A stretch of DNA of 32,000 nucleotides from NCBI RefSeq assembly GCF_000009045.1, contig NC_000964.3:1950001-1982000 (forward strand). Direction: 5' to 3'. This stretch comes from Bacillus subtilis subsp. subtilis str. 168 (lineage in GTDB: Bacteria > Bacillota > Bacilli > Bacillales > Bacillaceae). The notes beneath the pieces were generated by a model. The model worked only from the letters and a program-made list of their open reading frames with translations. It did not search any database and was not told the DNA's origin. Positions 20,001 to 30,800 of the stretch are shown one piece after another (position 1 is the stretch's first letter; each line of letters starts with the position of its first letter). Both the position numbers and the translations under genes were made by a program.

Positions 20001-23000
20001 CTATTTGTCTGATTGAGATAGACAATCTCTCCTGTAAATTCCGGAACATGAAGGCCGGCAGACTGAAGCAGGAGAATGTTTGTACCGCTGTCCTCCAGCA
20101 GAAAGCTGATTCGTTCTTCCGGATAATCCGGGTCGATGGGCAGATAAGCGCCGCCAGCTTTAAGAATGCCATAAATGCCAAGCAGCATTTCAGGTGAACG
20201 CTTTCCTATAATGGCAACAGTCGTTTCGGGTTTTACCCCCCGTCCGATCAGCTCCCAGGCGATACGGTTAGCCTGTTCGTTCAATTCTTTATAGGTCATC
20301 ACTCCATCTTCGAAGATAACGGCCGCCTGATCAGGCGTTTTTTCTGCCTGCTGTTCGAGTGCATAGTGGAGCGTTTGATTCATTGAATAGCCCGTCTCCT
20401 CAAACAGATGGCATGATTCAATGAAATCTCGCTCTTCTTCTTTTGTTAAGATTGGAATATTGTCCAATTCTGTTTCAGGACTGGCAGCTGTATGTTCCAC
20501 AAGCGTGGTGAAAAGGCTGGCCCACCTTTGGATGGTTTCTTTCTCAAACAAAGCTGTACTGTATTCAAACTGACAGAAAAGCTCGGAATCATGCTCTGTA
20601 ACGTATAGGGAAATATCAAATTTTGATATTGGGTGCTCCAAGTCGTTCCACTGAAGCTGTACATCATTCATTTTTAGCTTTTGCTGTTCCATATTCTGAA
20701 GGACTAGCGTTGTGTCAAACAAAGGATTCCGGCTCATTTCCCGCTGCACACCGAGTTTGTCCACAAGCTCTTCAAACGGGTAATCCTGATGCTCATACGC
20801 TTCTAGTGCCGTCTGTCTGACTTCTTTCAGAAATTCCTCAAATGTCTTATTACCCGCCGGGCGTGTGCGGAGAGCCAATGTATTGACGAACATCCCAAGA
20901 ACAGCTTCAAGGTCGGCATGGGGCCGTCCGGCGATAGGTGAACCAATCACGATATCATCCTGACCGCTTAACCGAGACAAAAAGGCTGAATACAAAGCGA
21001 GAAGCGTCATATAAAGCGTGCTTCTGTTTTTATGGGCGAGCCGCTTTATGCGGGCCGTGATCTCTTTGTCCAATTGAAAGGTTACTTTTCCGCCTATGAA
21101 TTGCCGTTCTGCCGGACGTCGTTTATCTGTTGGAAGCTCCAGTATAGGAAGGTCCCCGCTAAACTGCTGCTGCCAGTAAGTCTCCTGCTTTTGGTACGAG
21201 TCTCCCTTTTTAAATTTCTGCTGCCATACGGCGTAATCTTTATATTGGATCCGCAATGGCTTAAGCTGCCGGTTTGCATAAAGATCGGTAAATTCTCGGA
21301 TTAGGAGCTGAACGGATACGCCATCTGAAATGATATGGTGCATATCCACCAGCAATACATGCTTCTCGTTTGACACTTCTATAAGGCCTGCTCTAAATAA
21401 TGGCGCCTGGCTGAGATCAAAGGGACGGACAAATCCCTCGATAGTGGTCTCTTTACTTAACGTAAACGGCACTTCGGTGTGGATACGCTGAACCGGCTCG
21501 TCATCAGCTCCGGATACAAAGGAAGTTCGAAGCGGCTCATGCCGGCTGATCAGTTCTTTACATACAGCAGACAGTTTGGCGACATCCAGTGCACCTTCCA
21601 GTTCTAAGACCGCAGGCATGTTATAGGCGACACCCTCATCAAGCTGTTGAAGCACATAGATTCGTTTTTGGGCCGAAGATACAGGATATGTATCCCTTTT
21701 TTCTGCTGGTTCAATTGCTGCATACAGATTTTGTTCTGCCTCTCGAATAATTAAAGCTAATCCTTCAACAGTCGGATGAGCAAAGATGTCCTTAAGTGAA
21801 ACTTGCACATGGAATTCCTTTGCGATCCGTGACATAAGCACTGTTGCTTTTAACGAGTGACCGCCATTGTCAAAAAAGTTGTCTTGGATGCCTATATGCC
21901 CATTCTTTAGCACATCTTCAAATAGTTGCGAAAGCTTTGCCTCTAACAGATTTCGAGGGGCAGTATATGGGTTTCCGCTGATTGAAGCATCTGGCTCCGG
22001 AAGTGCTGCGCGATCTACTTTTCCGTTTGGGGTAAGAGGTATGCTGTCAACCCATATCCATTTCGCCGGAATCATGTATTCTGGGAGCTCACTAGCCATA
22101 TAACTGCGTAAATCTATTGTGTTCAGCTTTTGTACACTGCAATAGTAAGCGCATAATTCATGTTCACCGTTTTGATCTTGCCAGATGAGAATGGCAGCCT
22201 CACTAATGTCCGGATGATTCATTAGCGTGACTTCGATTTCTTGCGGCTCAATTCGATAACCTCTGATTTTCACTTGATTGTCTGCCCGTCCGATATATTC
22301 GATGTTGCCGTCTTCAAGCCGTCTGGCCAAATCACCTGTCCGGTACATGATCACATCAGGCTTGAATGGATCGGATGAAAATTTGTCGCTTGTCAGTTTA
22401 TCGTGATTGACATATCCTCTGGCAACACTTGCGCCGGAAATATAGAGTTCGCCTGGTACGCCGCATGGCTGAAGCTGTTTTTGATGATTCAAAATATATA
22501 GATCAGTACAGCCTATCGGTTTACCGATTGGCGGAAGCTCAGGAATAGGGTCTCCAGGATGAATGGTATACGTAGATACCACATGAGTTTCTGAAGGTCC
22601 GTAATGATTGTGCAGGTGTATGCCGCGTTTACGCAACACATCTTGGAAAAGGTCTGAAATCATTAATTGTTCCCCGGCTGCGATCAGGTGTTTGACGCCA
22701 TCAGGAAACGAGTTCGCAAGTTCTCGCTCGCTGAAAATCATTTTGATAAAAGCAGTTGGGAGAAACACAATATTCGTCTGATGCTTGTTTATAAATGCAA
22801 ACAGCTGAGGCACATCTCTTTTTATGGCTTCTGGCACGATGTGGAGTGTGCCGCCTTTCAGAAGCGCAGAAAATATTTCTTGATAGCAGACGTCGAAGGA
22901 AGGCGTCGCAAATTGCAGAACATCTGCTTCAAAGTCAATGCCGGAGTGAGTATATTCGAACTTCAGCAAGTTAGCCATGTTTCGATGCTCAAATTGAACA

Positions 23001-24856
23001 CCCTTTGGTTTACCTGTTGTGCCTGATGTATAAATCATATACAGCAGATCGTCAGCATTGTTGACTGACTTTATGTTACTGCCGTCTACTTTGCTTTCGA
23101 TATCTTCTGGATGAGTGATAATGTAATTGTCTTCTAACGATGAGGGAAGATGCGCTTGTGAAACAACATGCGAACAGCCGCAATCATGCAGAATATAACG
23201 GATTCTGTCAGCAGGGTAATGCGGATCAACCGGAACAATGGCGCCGCCTGCTTTCAAGATACCAAGAACACCTGTGATAAACGCCGCTGAGCGTTCCATC
23301 ATAATCGCAACGGGTTCCTGTCTCACAACGCCTTTCATTCGTAAATGCCGTGCCAATCTGTTAGCCGCTTTATTCAGTTCTCTGTATGTTAATGAGCAGG
23401 CTTGATCAATTACAGCATGAGCATCTGGTGTCTTTTCCGCTTGCTTTTCAAACATGGCATGGATGGTTTCGTAAACTGGTGTTTGATCTGTGATTTCTCC
23501 AATCAGCTGCCGCTTTTCAGTATCTGTCGTGATATCGATTTCTTCAGGTGGAAGATTCGGATTATTTAAGATTTGTGATACAGCATTCAGAAGATGCTCT
23601 TTGACAGAGAGCACAAAAGACCGATCGTGCTGCTCCGCATCATAGTTCATTTTGATATGAATTTCTTCCCCTGGCGCCACCATAAGATAAAAGCTGTAGT
23701 TGGTTTCATCTGCGACAGTGAAATTATGAATCTGAAAAAGATCAGAAGCATGTTCCTGTTTGTTCAGCATTTGAATCTCTTGCTGCACCGGATAGTTTTC
23801 AAATACGAGAATATGATCAATCAGCCCTTGCTTAACAGCTGAGCGGGATTGAATCTCATATAAAGGGTGGTAGCTGTACGCTTCAGCGGCAAGACGGTCT
23901 TTTTGCATATCTTTTATAAGTTGAAGAAAAGGCGTTTTTGCCCCCTGCACCCGAACCGGCATCGTATTAATGAAAAGACCTACCATATGTTCAATGCCTT
24001 CGATTTCTGCGGGTCTTCCTGAAATGACAGAACCGAATACGGCGTCATCGTTATTATTATATTTTTGCAGCAGAATGCCCCAAATGGTATGAAAAATCGT
24101 ACTGAGTGTCACTTCTTCTCTAGCAGCAAGCTCTGAAAGCCTGCTGCTTTCTTCCTTAGAGAATGAAAATGTAACGTGTTCCTGCCTGCTTTTTCCCTTT
24201 GTTTTTTTCTGCTTCGGGAGCACGGTTTGCTGTTCGTGGCCGGAAAGATAATGATCCCAATAAGAAACCGCCTGCTCTTTGTCTTGCTCCATCAGCCATT
24301 TGATATACTTTCCGTATGGCTGGACCGGCTCCAATGTTATTGGGGATGCATTTACATAAGATGCGTAAATATGCAGAAACTCCTTTAGCACAATGCTGAG
24401 GCACCAACCGTCCATCATGATATGATGAAAGGTCCAAATGCAAGAGTACTGGCTCTCTCCTGTTTGAATCAGAGCGATGCGCATGAGCACATCCTTTTGC
24501 AAATGAAACCCCCGGTCCCGGTCCTTTTCTTTCCATTGCTCGATAAACTGTGATTGCTCCGCCTCGTTTAAATGAGTAATGTCTTCTTCCAGTACGATGA
24601 CATTTCGTTCTCTCAGAACAACCTGCTGGGGGGAGGAAACATTTTGGCTGATAAAAATCGTTCTGAAAATATCATGTCTTTCTACAAGAGCGTTGATGCT
24701 GTTTTGAAAAAACTGCGGGTTGACTTTTCCTTCTATTGTAAAAGAAGCTTGCTCAACATACGCCTGTGAATCTTTTTGCAGGAGGGAATGGAAAAGCATC
24801 CCTTCCTGCATGTAAGACAGCGGATAAATATCCTGAATTGAATTCGCTTTTGTCAT
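14045..24856 (-). CDS. ppsD: Plipastatin/fengycin synthetase subunit D, three modules C-A(Pro)-T-C-A(Gln)-T-C-A(Tyr)-T-E, 3603 aa
   Basis: Track ORF 14045..24874. I prefer ATG 24856 ([14 protein letters not shown]...) because AGGAG at 24865-24869 is 8 nt upstream. ATG 24874 would put that SD inside the ORF. Confidence 0.95.
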   Translation of the reverse strand: MTKANSIQDIYPLSYMQEGMLFHSLLQKDSQAYVEQASFTIEGKVNPQFFQNSINALVERHDIFRTIFISQNVSSPQQVVLRERNVIVLEEDITHLNEAEQSQFIEQWKEKDRDRGFHLQKDVLMRIALIQTGESQYSCIWTFHHIMMDGWCLSIVLKEFLHIYASYVNASPITLEPVQPYGKYIKWLMEQDKEQAVSYWDHYLSGHEQQTVLPKQKKTKGKSRQEHVTFSFSKEESSRLSELAAREEVTLSTIFHTIWGILLQKYNNNDDAVFGSVISGRPAEIEGIEHMVGLFINTMPVRVQGAKTPFLQLIKDMQKDRLAAEAYSYHPLYEIQSRSAVKQGLIDHILVFENYPVQQEIQMLNKQEHASDLFQIHNFTVADETNYSFYLMVAPGEEIHIKMNYDAEQHDRSFVLSVKEHLLNAVSQILNNPNLPPEEIDITTDTEKRQLIGEITDQTPVYETIHAMFEKQAEKTPDAHAVIDQACSLTYRELNKAANRLARHLRMKGVVRQEPVAIMMERSAAFITGVLGILKAGGAIVPVDPHYPADRIRYILHDCGCSHVVSQAHLPSSLEDNYIITHPEDIESKVDGSNIKSVNNADDLLYMIYTSGTTGKPKGVQFEHRNMANLLKFEYTHSGIDFEADVLQFATPSFDVCYQEIFSALLKGGTLHIVPEAIKRDVPQLFAFINKHQTNIVFLPTAFIKMIFSERELANSFPDGVKHLIAAGEQLMISDLFQDVLRKRGIHLHNHYGPSETHVVSTYTIHPGDPIPELPPIGKPIGCTDLYILNHQKQLQPCGVPGELYISGASVARGYVNHDKLTSDKFSSDPFKPDVIMYRTGDLARRLEDGNIEYIGRADNQVKIRGYRIEPQEIEVTLMNHPDISEAAILIWQDQNGEHELCAYYCSVQKLNTIDLRSYMASELPEYMIPAKWIWVDSIPLTPNGKVDRAALPEPDASISGNPYTAPRNLLEAKLSQLFEDVLKNGHIGIQDNFFDNGGHSLKATVLMSRIAKEFHVQVSLKDIFAHPTVEGLALIIREAEQNLYAAIEPAEKRDTYPVSSAQKRIYVLQQLDEGVAYNMPAVLELEGALDVAKLSAVCKELISRHEPLRTSFVSGADDEPVQRIHTEVPFTLSKETTIEGFVRPFDLSQAPLFRAGLIEVSNEKHVLLVDMHHIISDGVSVQLLIREFTDLYANRQLKPLRIQYKDYAVWQQKFKKGDSYQKQETYWQQQFSGDLPILELPTDKRRPAERQFIGGKVTFQLDKEITARIKRLAHKNRSTLYMTLLALYSAFLSRLSGQDDIVIGSPIAGRPHADLEAVLGMFVNTLALRTRPAGNKTFEEFLKEVRQTALEAYEHQDYPFEELVDKLGVQREMSRNPLFDTTLVLQNMEQQKLKMNDVQLQWNDLEHPISKFDISLYVTEHDSELFCQFEYSTALFEKETIQRWASLFTTLVEHTAASPETELDNIPILTKEEERDFIESCHLFEETGYSMNQTLHYALEQQAEKTPDQAAVIFEDGVMTYKELNEQANRIAWELIGRGVKPETTVAIIGKRSPEMLLGIYGILKAGGAYLPIDPDYPEERISFLLEDSGTNILLLQSAGLHVPEFTGEIVYLNQTNSGLAHRLSNPNVDVLPQSLAYVIYTSGSTGMPKGVEIEHRSAVNFLNSLQSRYQLKHSDMIMHKTSYSFDASIWELFWWPYAGASVYLLPQGGEKEPEVIAKAIEEQKITAMHFVPSMLHAFLEHIKYRSVPIKTNRLKRVFSGGEQLGTHLVSRFYELLPNVSITNSYGPTEATVEAAFFDCPPHEKLERIPIGKPVHHVRLYLLNQNQRMLPVGCIGELYIAGAGVARGYLNRPALTEERFLEDPFYPGERMYKTGDVARWLPDGNVEFLGRTDDQVKIRGYRIEPGEIEAALRSIEGVREAAVTVRTDSGEPELCAYVEGLQRNEVRAQLERLLPGYMVPAYMIEMEQWPVTPSGKLDRNALPAPGGAADAETYTAPRNVTEMKLSQLWEDVLKNGPVGIHDNFFDRGGHSLKATALVSRITKEFDVQVPLKDVFAHPTVEGLATVIREGTDSPYEAIKPAEKQETYPVSSAQKRIYVLQQLEDGGTGYNMPAVLELEGKLNPERMDRAFQELIKRHESLRTSFEQDEGGDPVQRIHDEVPFTLQTTVLGARTEQEAAAAFIKPFDLSQAPLFRAQIVKVSDERHLLLVDMHHIISDGVSVNILIQEFGELYNNRKLPALRIQYKDYAVWQEGFKTGDAYKMQEAYWLKQLEGELPVLDLPADHARPPVRSFAGDKVSFTLEPEVASGLHKLARENGSTLYMVLLAAYTAFLSRLSGQEDIIVGSPIAGRPHKDLEPILGMFVNTLALRTRPEGGKPFVQYLQEVRETALEAFEHQNYPFEELVDKLELTRDMSRNPVFDAMLVVQNNDYEPLHLHDLQMKPAQVSHLVSKFDLTLQASEGDGNIHFLFEYSTALFEKTTIERWASHLTNVLSIIGKNPKVTLNHIDILTQEERHQLLNEFNTGQANQYGVQTISQLFEQQAARTPKASALVSGDKTLTYQELDEWSNGIARALRSRGVKPDTPVGIMMHRSFSMIASILGVWKAGGCYVPIDPEYPKERKRYILSDSGTKLLMTINEADLGVLADFEGEILTIESVEEDDKSPLPQMSSAHHLAYIIYTSGTTGRPKGVMVEHKGIANTLQWRRNAYAFNETDTILQLFSFSFDGFITSMFTPLLSGAKAVLLHEEEAKDILAIKHQLSRQRITHMIIVPVLYRALLDVVQPEDVKTLRVVTLAGEAADRELIARSLAICPHTELANEYGPTENSVATTVMRHMEKQAYVSIGQPIDGTQVLILNSNHQLQPIGVAGELCIAGTGLARGYVNLPELTERAFTQNPFKPEARMYRTGDAARWMADGTLEYLGRIDDQVKIRGYRVETKEIESVIRCIKGVKDAAVVAHVTASGQTELSAYVVTKPGLSTNAVRSELQNKLPVFMHPAFIEKLDSLPLSPNGKLDRGALPKPVYNHEGERPFLPPSSKMEQILADIWKEVLGAEKIGTADSFFELGGDSIKALQVSARLHRIGKQMAVKDLFSHPTIQELAAYIRDSDTSSSQAAVEGDVQWSPVQKWFLSQDIKEKHHFNQSVMLHRSTSVQEDALRKTLKAITCHHDALRMVFTQNEQGKWDQYNRPLSHSDDALYGLQMIDLSAPDGTDGNRPYEPLIKRHVLDIQQKMDLKNGPLLQAGLFHTIDGDFLFLSAHHLVVDGISWRVLLEDLALGYRQAAGGEDIKLPPKTSSFKAYAKKLSDYAESQQLMKQLKYWREAEEYQTEALPFDQIDGTRAHEGQRSTISFTLNDKETAALLKDANSAYNTDTQDMLLASVILALRHWTNQSAFKLSLEGHGREDVLKGIDVSRTIGWFTAIYPLLIKLNADLPDSEESMVHVLKTTKDTLRRVPDKGFGYGVIKYLTPPGKKDINFTGAPEISFNYLGQFESGRTAEVPEEDAFSFSPLGAGGDISTTWNREQSLDISAIAAEGKLTVNMTYDNARFQRKTIEQLSETCRQFLLQLIEHCQNKSETEKTISDFDDQELTEDALQEIADMLSFH
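14135..15511 (-). other. ppsD: ppsD epimerisation domain (gives D-Tyr), followed by a short C-terminal docking tail
   Basis: HHLVVDG at 15065-15085, then EGHGRE, TVGWFT-like and FNYLGQ motifs. Confidence 0.85.
15539..15757 (-). other. ppsD: ppsD module 3 PCP domain (E-domain-partner type)
   Basis: FFELGGDSI, with the Ser codon at 15650-15652. GGDSI rather than GGHSL is typical of carrier domains that feed an E domain. Confidence 0.85.
15797..17263 (-). other. ppsD: ppsD module 3 adenylation domain, Tyr (approximate)
   Basis: A3 [11 protein letters not shown] at 16787-16819. The hand-derived code is DGTITAEVAK, the known Tyr code. Confidence 0.85.
17285..18604 (-). other. ppsD: ppsD module 3 condensation domain, LCL-type (approximate)
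   Basis: HHIISDG at 18200-18220. Confidence 0.85.
17610..19350. repeat. Copy 1 (in ppsD) of a ~1.74-kb near-identical direct repeat
   Basis: It aligns without gaps to 28392-30132 at a constant offset of 10,782 nt. I checked the offset at both ends, and four pairs of spurious plus-strand track ORFs sit at the same offset. There are 18 aa substitutions in about 580 codons. Confidence 0.9.
18644..18871 (-). other. ppsD: ppsD module 2 PCP domain
   Basis: FFDRGGHSL, with the Ser codon at 18761-18763. Confidence 0.85.
18905..20380 (-). other. ppsD: ppsD module 2 adenylation domain (Gln position of the product; Glu-like code)
   Basis: A3 [11 protein letters not shown] at 19901-19933. The hand-derived code is DAWHFGSVEK. 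Confidence 0.8.
20405..21697 (-). other. ppsD: ppsD module 2 condensation domain, LCL-type (approximate)
   Basis: [11 protein letters not shown] motif. MHHIISDG, with HHIISDG at 21320-21340. Confidence 0.85.
21740..21964 (-). other. ppsD: ppsD module 1 PCP domain
   Basis: FFDNGGHSL, with the Ser codon at 21854-21856. Confidence 0.85.
21998..23476 (-). other. ppsD: ppsD module 1 adenylation domain, Pro (approximate)
   Basis: A3 [11 protein letters not shown] at 23000-23032. The hand-derived code is DVQFIAHVVK, which is Pro-type. Confidence 0.85.
23525..24835 (-). other. ppsD: ppsD module 1 condensation domain, DCL-type (approximate)
   Basis: [14 protein letters not shown] motif. HHIMMDG at 24407-24427. 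It follows the E domain of ppsC. Confidence 0.85.
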
Positions 24857-24880
24857 GTTCATGTCTCCTGTCACGATTTT

Positions 24881-27800
24881 CTACAATTCTTCCACCAAGC
24901 TGGATATGCTGTCCAAGTCCTCTGCCGTTAATGATTGACTGCTGAAATCGCTCAGTGTCTTTTCTGCTTTCTGTTGACCGGCGCAGTGTTTCATAATGTC
25001 CAGCAAAAAGTGTTCAATCCTGTTAATAAGCTGTTCCATTGTGTTTCTGTGAAAGCGGGCTGGCGGATAACTAAGATTGAAATGGAGCTTTTTGTCTGCT
25101 GCCATTGCACTCATCTCGATGATTTGCTCGCGCTTCCATGTATGAGTGATATCCTTTCCGCTACCAAGGCTTGATGGGCGGAAGGTGTCCTGTCTTTCGA
25201 TGTCGTTGAACTGGCCCAAATAGTTAAAGCTGATTTCAGGTGTTTTTGAAAACGTAATGCTTTTATTTTCAGGGTGTGTAAGGTATTTCAGCATACCGTA
25301 ACCTACCCCTTTGTTTGGTATCCGGCCCAGTGTATCTTTAACGGTTTTTACTGAGGTTCCGAGCTCATCCCTATGATTTTCAAAGCTTATGAGGGCCGGG
25401 TACATGGATGTAAACCAGCCGACCGTCCTGCTTATATCTAACTCTGGCAGAATGTGTTCTCTCCCGTGTCCTTCCATAGCGATACGGAGCTTGCTTCCTC
25501 CTGTCCATTCACAAATCGCCAAGGATGCTGCGGTTAACAGAATATCTTGTGTATCTGTGCCATAGGCGTGATTGACGTTTTGCAGCAAGACGGCGGTGTC
25601 TGCTTCAGTCAGTGAAAAGCTTAATGAGTCCCTTTTGCTGAAGTCGATGTTCACATGATGCGGTATTTCATAGGGCAGTTCTGCGGCTTGCTGTTCTTCT
25701 ACACTTCGCCAATACGCCTCTTCGCGAATCAGCTTACTGCTTTGGGCATATTCCTGTATGCGTCTTGCGTATTCCTGGTAGGAATCCGTTTTAGGCGGAA
25801 GCTGGATCGTCTGGCCTGCAGCAGCTTGTTGATATCCGGCTGACAAATCCTCCAGCAAAATCCGCCATGAGACACCATCAACGACAAGGTGATGGATCGC
25901 AAGGAACAAGTAATCTCCGGTCAGTGTTTTAAACAAAGCGGCGTGCAACAATGGTCCTTCCTGCAAATTGATGCTTTGCTGAAGATCGGCAACTTCTTGT
26001 TTGATTTTCGTCTCCCAGCCGCTTTCTGACTGTGAAAGATCAGAGATTCTTAAGCTGTATAGCTGTGACTCATGAATGCCTTGGTTGATTTGAATCCATC
26101 GCCTGTCATCGTTGCGATAAACCATCCGAAGCGCATCATGATGCTCCGCCAGTTTTTTCAAGGCTGGTCTAAGGGCGTTTTCAGACAAACGTCCAGAATG
26201 GAATAGCATGACAGACTGATTGAAATGGTGTCTTTCTTCAATATCTTGTGAAAAAAACCATTGCTGAACAGGCGTCCAAGGAACGTCACCCTGAATGGGT
26301 CCTTGCTCTATGATTCTCTCTGACTTACGGATAAATGGTGATAAGTCCTTTATCTTTGGATGACGGAATAAATCACTTACCTGCAAGCTTAGTCCATAGC
26401 GCCCAAGGCGTGCAGAAACTTGAAGGGCTTTGATTGAATCTCCGCCCAATTCAAAAAACGAATCCTCTATTCCGATCCTCTGGATGCCTAGAACCTCCTG
26501 CCAGATCAATGCCAGCTGCTCTTCAAGTTCGTTGCGTGGCGGGATGTATGTTTGTTTAGATGCGACATCTGGTTCAGGCAGTGCTTTCCGGTTCAATTTG
26601 CCGTTTGATGTGAGCGGAAGAGTCTCCATTTCAATGATATACGCCGGGATCATATAGTTTGGCAGCGAACGCGCGAGAAGAGAACGCACTTGTTCAGCAT
26701 TCGTGCCTGCTTTTACGCTGATATAGCCAAACAGCTCTTTGCTCCCGGTCTGGGCTGTACGTGCTAACACTGCGGCTTCTTTGACCCCGTCTATTTGACG
26801 AAGTGCTGTTTCGATTTCACCCAGCTCCACCCGATAGCCTCTGACTTTTACTTGATCATCAATACGGCCAACGTACTCAATTGTGCCATCGGAAAGCCAG
26901 CGCGCCAGATCACCTGTGCGATACAGTCGATCGCCAGGTGCAAATGGATGTGGGACAAATTTCTCTTTCGTTAAATCAGGACGGCCCAAATATCCTCTGG
27001 CGACGCCATCTCCGCCGACACAAAGTTCACCGACAGCTCCGACCGGCTGCAGCACTCCCCATTGATTTAAGATAAAAGCGGTGGAATTACCAACCGGCCG
27101 CCCGATCGGAATGGAAAGTTCATATGTTTTTTGAATGTGAAGGCATGTCGAAAAAGTTGTATTTTCGGTAGGGCCATATCCATTCCATATAGATACTTCA
27201 GGGCAGACATTTCTGATTCGATTGACGTGGCTCGGCGACAAAGCTTCTCCGCCAATAATCAAATGTTTCAGCTGTGAAAATGTTTGTTCATTTTGCTCTG
27301 TCAAATGATTGAATAGAGAAGATGTCAGCCAAATCGTTGTGATTCCTTGATGTTCTATGTACCTCTTAAGCTGATGGGAATCGAGAAATGTTTGTTGATC
27401 GGACAGATGCAAAGCGGCACCATTTAGCAGCGGTCCGAAAATTTCAAATGACCCAACGTCGAAACCGATTGATGATGTCATCAGAAGGCGGTCTTCAGGT
27501 GTAAATGTAATATAATTGCTGTTTTTAACAAGACGAATTACACTTCGCTGCTCAATCATGACACCCTTTGGTTTACCGGTTGATCCAGAGGTATAAATGA
27601 TATATGCAAGTGAATGGGGCCCTGCTGAAGATTCAACGTTCTTCGCCTCTCCTTGCTTTTGAATATCTTCGATTATGATTTGTTCACATTCAATGCCTAA
27701 TAGCCGTTTTTCTGTTTTTTCAGATTGAAGGAGTAATGCTGCCCTGCTGTCAGACAGCATATAAGCTATGCGTTCAACAGGCAGATTAGAATCGATAGGC

Positions 27801-30800
27801 AGATAGGCTCCCCCGGCTTTTAGAATGCCCAGCATTCCTGCAATGAGTTCTGGTGTTCTGCCTGTCAACAAGGCTACAACACTATCAGGCCCTACGCCCT
27901 TTATCTGTAGAACTGAGGCAATTTGATTTGCCCAGCTGTTCAGGTCCTCGTAAGTGAATACTTGGGTGTCGCTGACAATTGCTACAGCATTAGGTGTTTG
28001 TTCTGCCTGCATTTCAAAGAGTCTGCTGATGGTTTCATTTCTTGGATAATCTATTTTTGTACGATTGAGCTCGTGGATAAGGTAATGGGCCTCATCCTCA
28101 TTCAGGATATTTATTGTTCCGAGAGCGGCTTTGTTGTCTTTGATGATGGAGAGTAACATATTGTTGAAGTATTGAAGCCACTTTTCTATCGTTTTTTTCT
28201 TATATAAGTCAGTACTAAACTCCATTTGGAACGTCAGCAAACCGCGGGGCTGTTCCTGGGCATATAGGGTTAAATCAAATTTGGACGTTTGATGCCCATT
28301 GTTTGCTGCAGGTTTGAGACAAAGTTCATCCAGCTCCAACGATTCCTGATCCATATTTTGAAGAACAAACATTACGTCAAACAGCGGATTTCTGCTCATA
28401 TCTCGTGTCAATTCAAGCTTATCAACAAGCTCTTCGAACGGGTAATCTTGGTGCTCAAAGGCTTCCATTGCTGTCTCGCGCACTTCCTGCAAGTACTGTA
28501 CAAACGGCTTCCCGCCCTCCGGGCGCGTCCGAAGCGCCAGCGTGTTCACAAACATGCCGAGTATCGGCTCAAGATCCTTGTGCGGCCGGCCGGCAATTGG
28601 CGAGCCGACGATGATATCTTCCTGTCCGCTTAAGCGTGACAAGAACGCGGTGTAAGCTGCAAGGAGCACCATGTACAGTGTGCTTCCGTTTTCTCGTGCC
28701 AGCTTGTAAAGGCCTGATGTAACCTCTTGATCCAGCGTAAATGAGACCTTGTCACCCGCGAAGCTTCGCATCGGCGGGCGGGCATGATCAGCCGGAAGAT
28801 CCAGCACAGGCAGCTCGCCCTCGAGCTGCTTCAGCCAGTACGCCCCCTGCGTTTTGTACGCGTCTCCTGTTTTGAATCCTTCTTGCCATACGGCATAATC
28901 TTTATATTGAATGCGCAGTGCCGGAAGCTTCCGATTATTGTACAGTTCGCCGAATTCCCGAATCAGAATGTTGACGGAAACACCGTCTGAAATGATGTGA
29001 TGCATATCAACCAGCAACAGGTGCCGCTCATCTGATACCTTTACGATTTGGGCACGGAACAGCGGCGCTTGGCTGAGATCAAACGGTTTGATAAATGCGG
29101 CTGCGGCCTCCTCTTCGGTTCGTGCGCCGAGAACTGTAGTCTGTAACGTAAACGGCACCTCGTCATGGATGCGCTGCACCGGGTCGCCTCCTGCGTCCTG
29201 TTCGAAGGCGGTCCGAAGCGACTCGTGGCGCTTGATCAGCTCTTTGAAAGCTCTGTCCATCCTTTCAAGGTTGAGCTTCCCTTCGAGCTCTAACACAGCC
29301 GGCATATTGTAGCCTGTCCCTCCGTCCTCCAGCTGCTGAAGGACATAAATCCGCTTTTGGGCAGAGGAAACCGGATAGGTTTCCTGTTTTTCAGCGGGCT
29401 TAATCGCTTCATATGGACTGTCCGTTCCTTCACGGATAACGGTAGCCAGTCCTTCTACCGTCGGATGGGCAAACACATCTTTTAGCGGCACCTGTACATC
29501 GAATTCTTTGGCGATCCGTGAGACAAGCGCCGTTGCTTTTAAGGAATGTCCCCCGCGGTCAAAAAAGTTGTCGTGAATCCCGACAGGGCCATTTTTCAGC
29601 ACGTCCTCCCACAGCTGAGAAAGCTTCATCTCAGTCACGTTTCTCGGCGCCGTGTAGGTCTCCGCATCTGCCGCTCCGCCAGGAGCTGGCAGGGCGTTTC
29701 GGTCGAGCTTTCCGCTTGGTGTAACCGGCCACTGTTCCATTTCTATCATATAGGCTGGGACCATGTAGCCCGGCAACAGTCTCTGAAGCTGTGCACGCAC
29801 TTCGTTTCTTTGGAGCCCTTCTACATAAGCGCATAATTCCGGCTCGCCGCTGTCTGTCCGTACGGTAACGGCCGCCTCCCTTACGCCTTCTATGCTTCTT
29901 AGTGCCGCTTCAATCTCTCCCGGCTCAATCCGGTAGCCGCGGATTTTCACCTGATCATCCGTGCGCCCGAGGAATTCAACATTCCCGTCAGGGAGCCAGC
30001 GCGCCACATCCCCGGTTTTGTACATGCGTTCCCCCAGGTAAAACGGGTCTTCAAGAAAACGCTCCTCCGTTAATGCCGGCCGATTCAAATAACCTCTGGC
30101 AACACCCGCTCCGGCAATGTATAGTTCGCCGGCGACACCGGAAGGCTGTACGGCTAAATGCGGATCTAAAACATACAAACGCGCACCAGGTACGGGCTTC
30201 CCAATCGGAATCCGCAAACGGTCTCTGTCCCGTTCTGGATCTAACACGTAAAATGCCGCGTCTACCGTGGCTTCTGTCGGCCCGTAGCCATGGATTAATG
30301 ATACCTGCGGCAATACAGAAGCAAAACGGGCTGCCGTACGCGGCGCAAGCGGTTCACCTCCGGCGAATACACGCTTTAGGCTTGTCCTGTCACTCAGCCT
30401 TTCGATTTCCGCTTGATCGAGAAAGCTGTTCAGCATAGCCGGAATAAAATGAGCCGTTGTCACGTTTTCCTGATGAATGGCTTGTACGATCAATGCGGAG
30501 TCTTTTTCCCAGCCGGGCGGAAGCAGATACGCCGAAGCACCGGAAAGAGCCCACCAAAACAGCTGCCACACAGACGCATCAAAGGAAAAAGAGGTTTTCA
30601 CCATGACAATGTCATCTTCCGAAAGCCGAAACTGGTGCTGCATGCCGGTCAGAAAGGAAACAGCCTGGCGGTGCTCAACGGCCACTCCTTTCGGCTGCCC
30701 GGTAGAGCCCGATGTATAGATGACATAGGCGAGAGATCCGTCGCTAACAGAAGCAGACACATGACGTTTTACTTCTTCACACTCAAGAGATGTCATGTCC

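Noticed and set aside
24857-24874. The track's 5' extensions of ppsD (start 24874), yngJ (start 7390) and yngF (start 2034).
   Set aside because: In each case a strong SD lies inside the extension at the correct spacing for the downstream start (24856, 7360, 2010). The shorter proteins match the lengths I recall for these B. subtilis genes.
17610-30132. Whether the large repeats could be a CRISPR array, IS element ends or another mobile-element signature.
   Set aside because: There are only two copies, each 1.74 kb and each entirely in-frame NRPS coding sequence. There are no short spacer-repeat units, no inverted terminal repeats and no transposase, integrase or cas ORF anywhere in the window.
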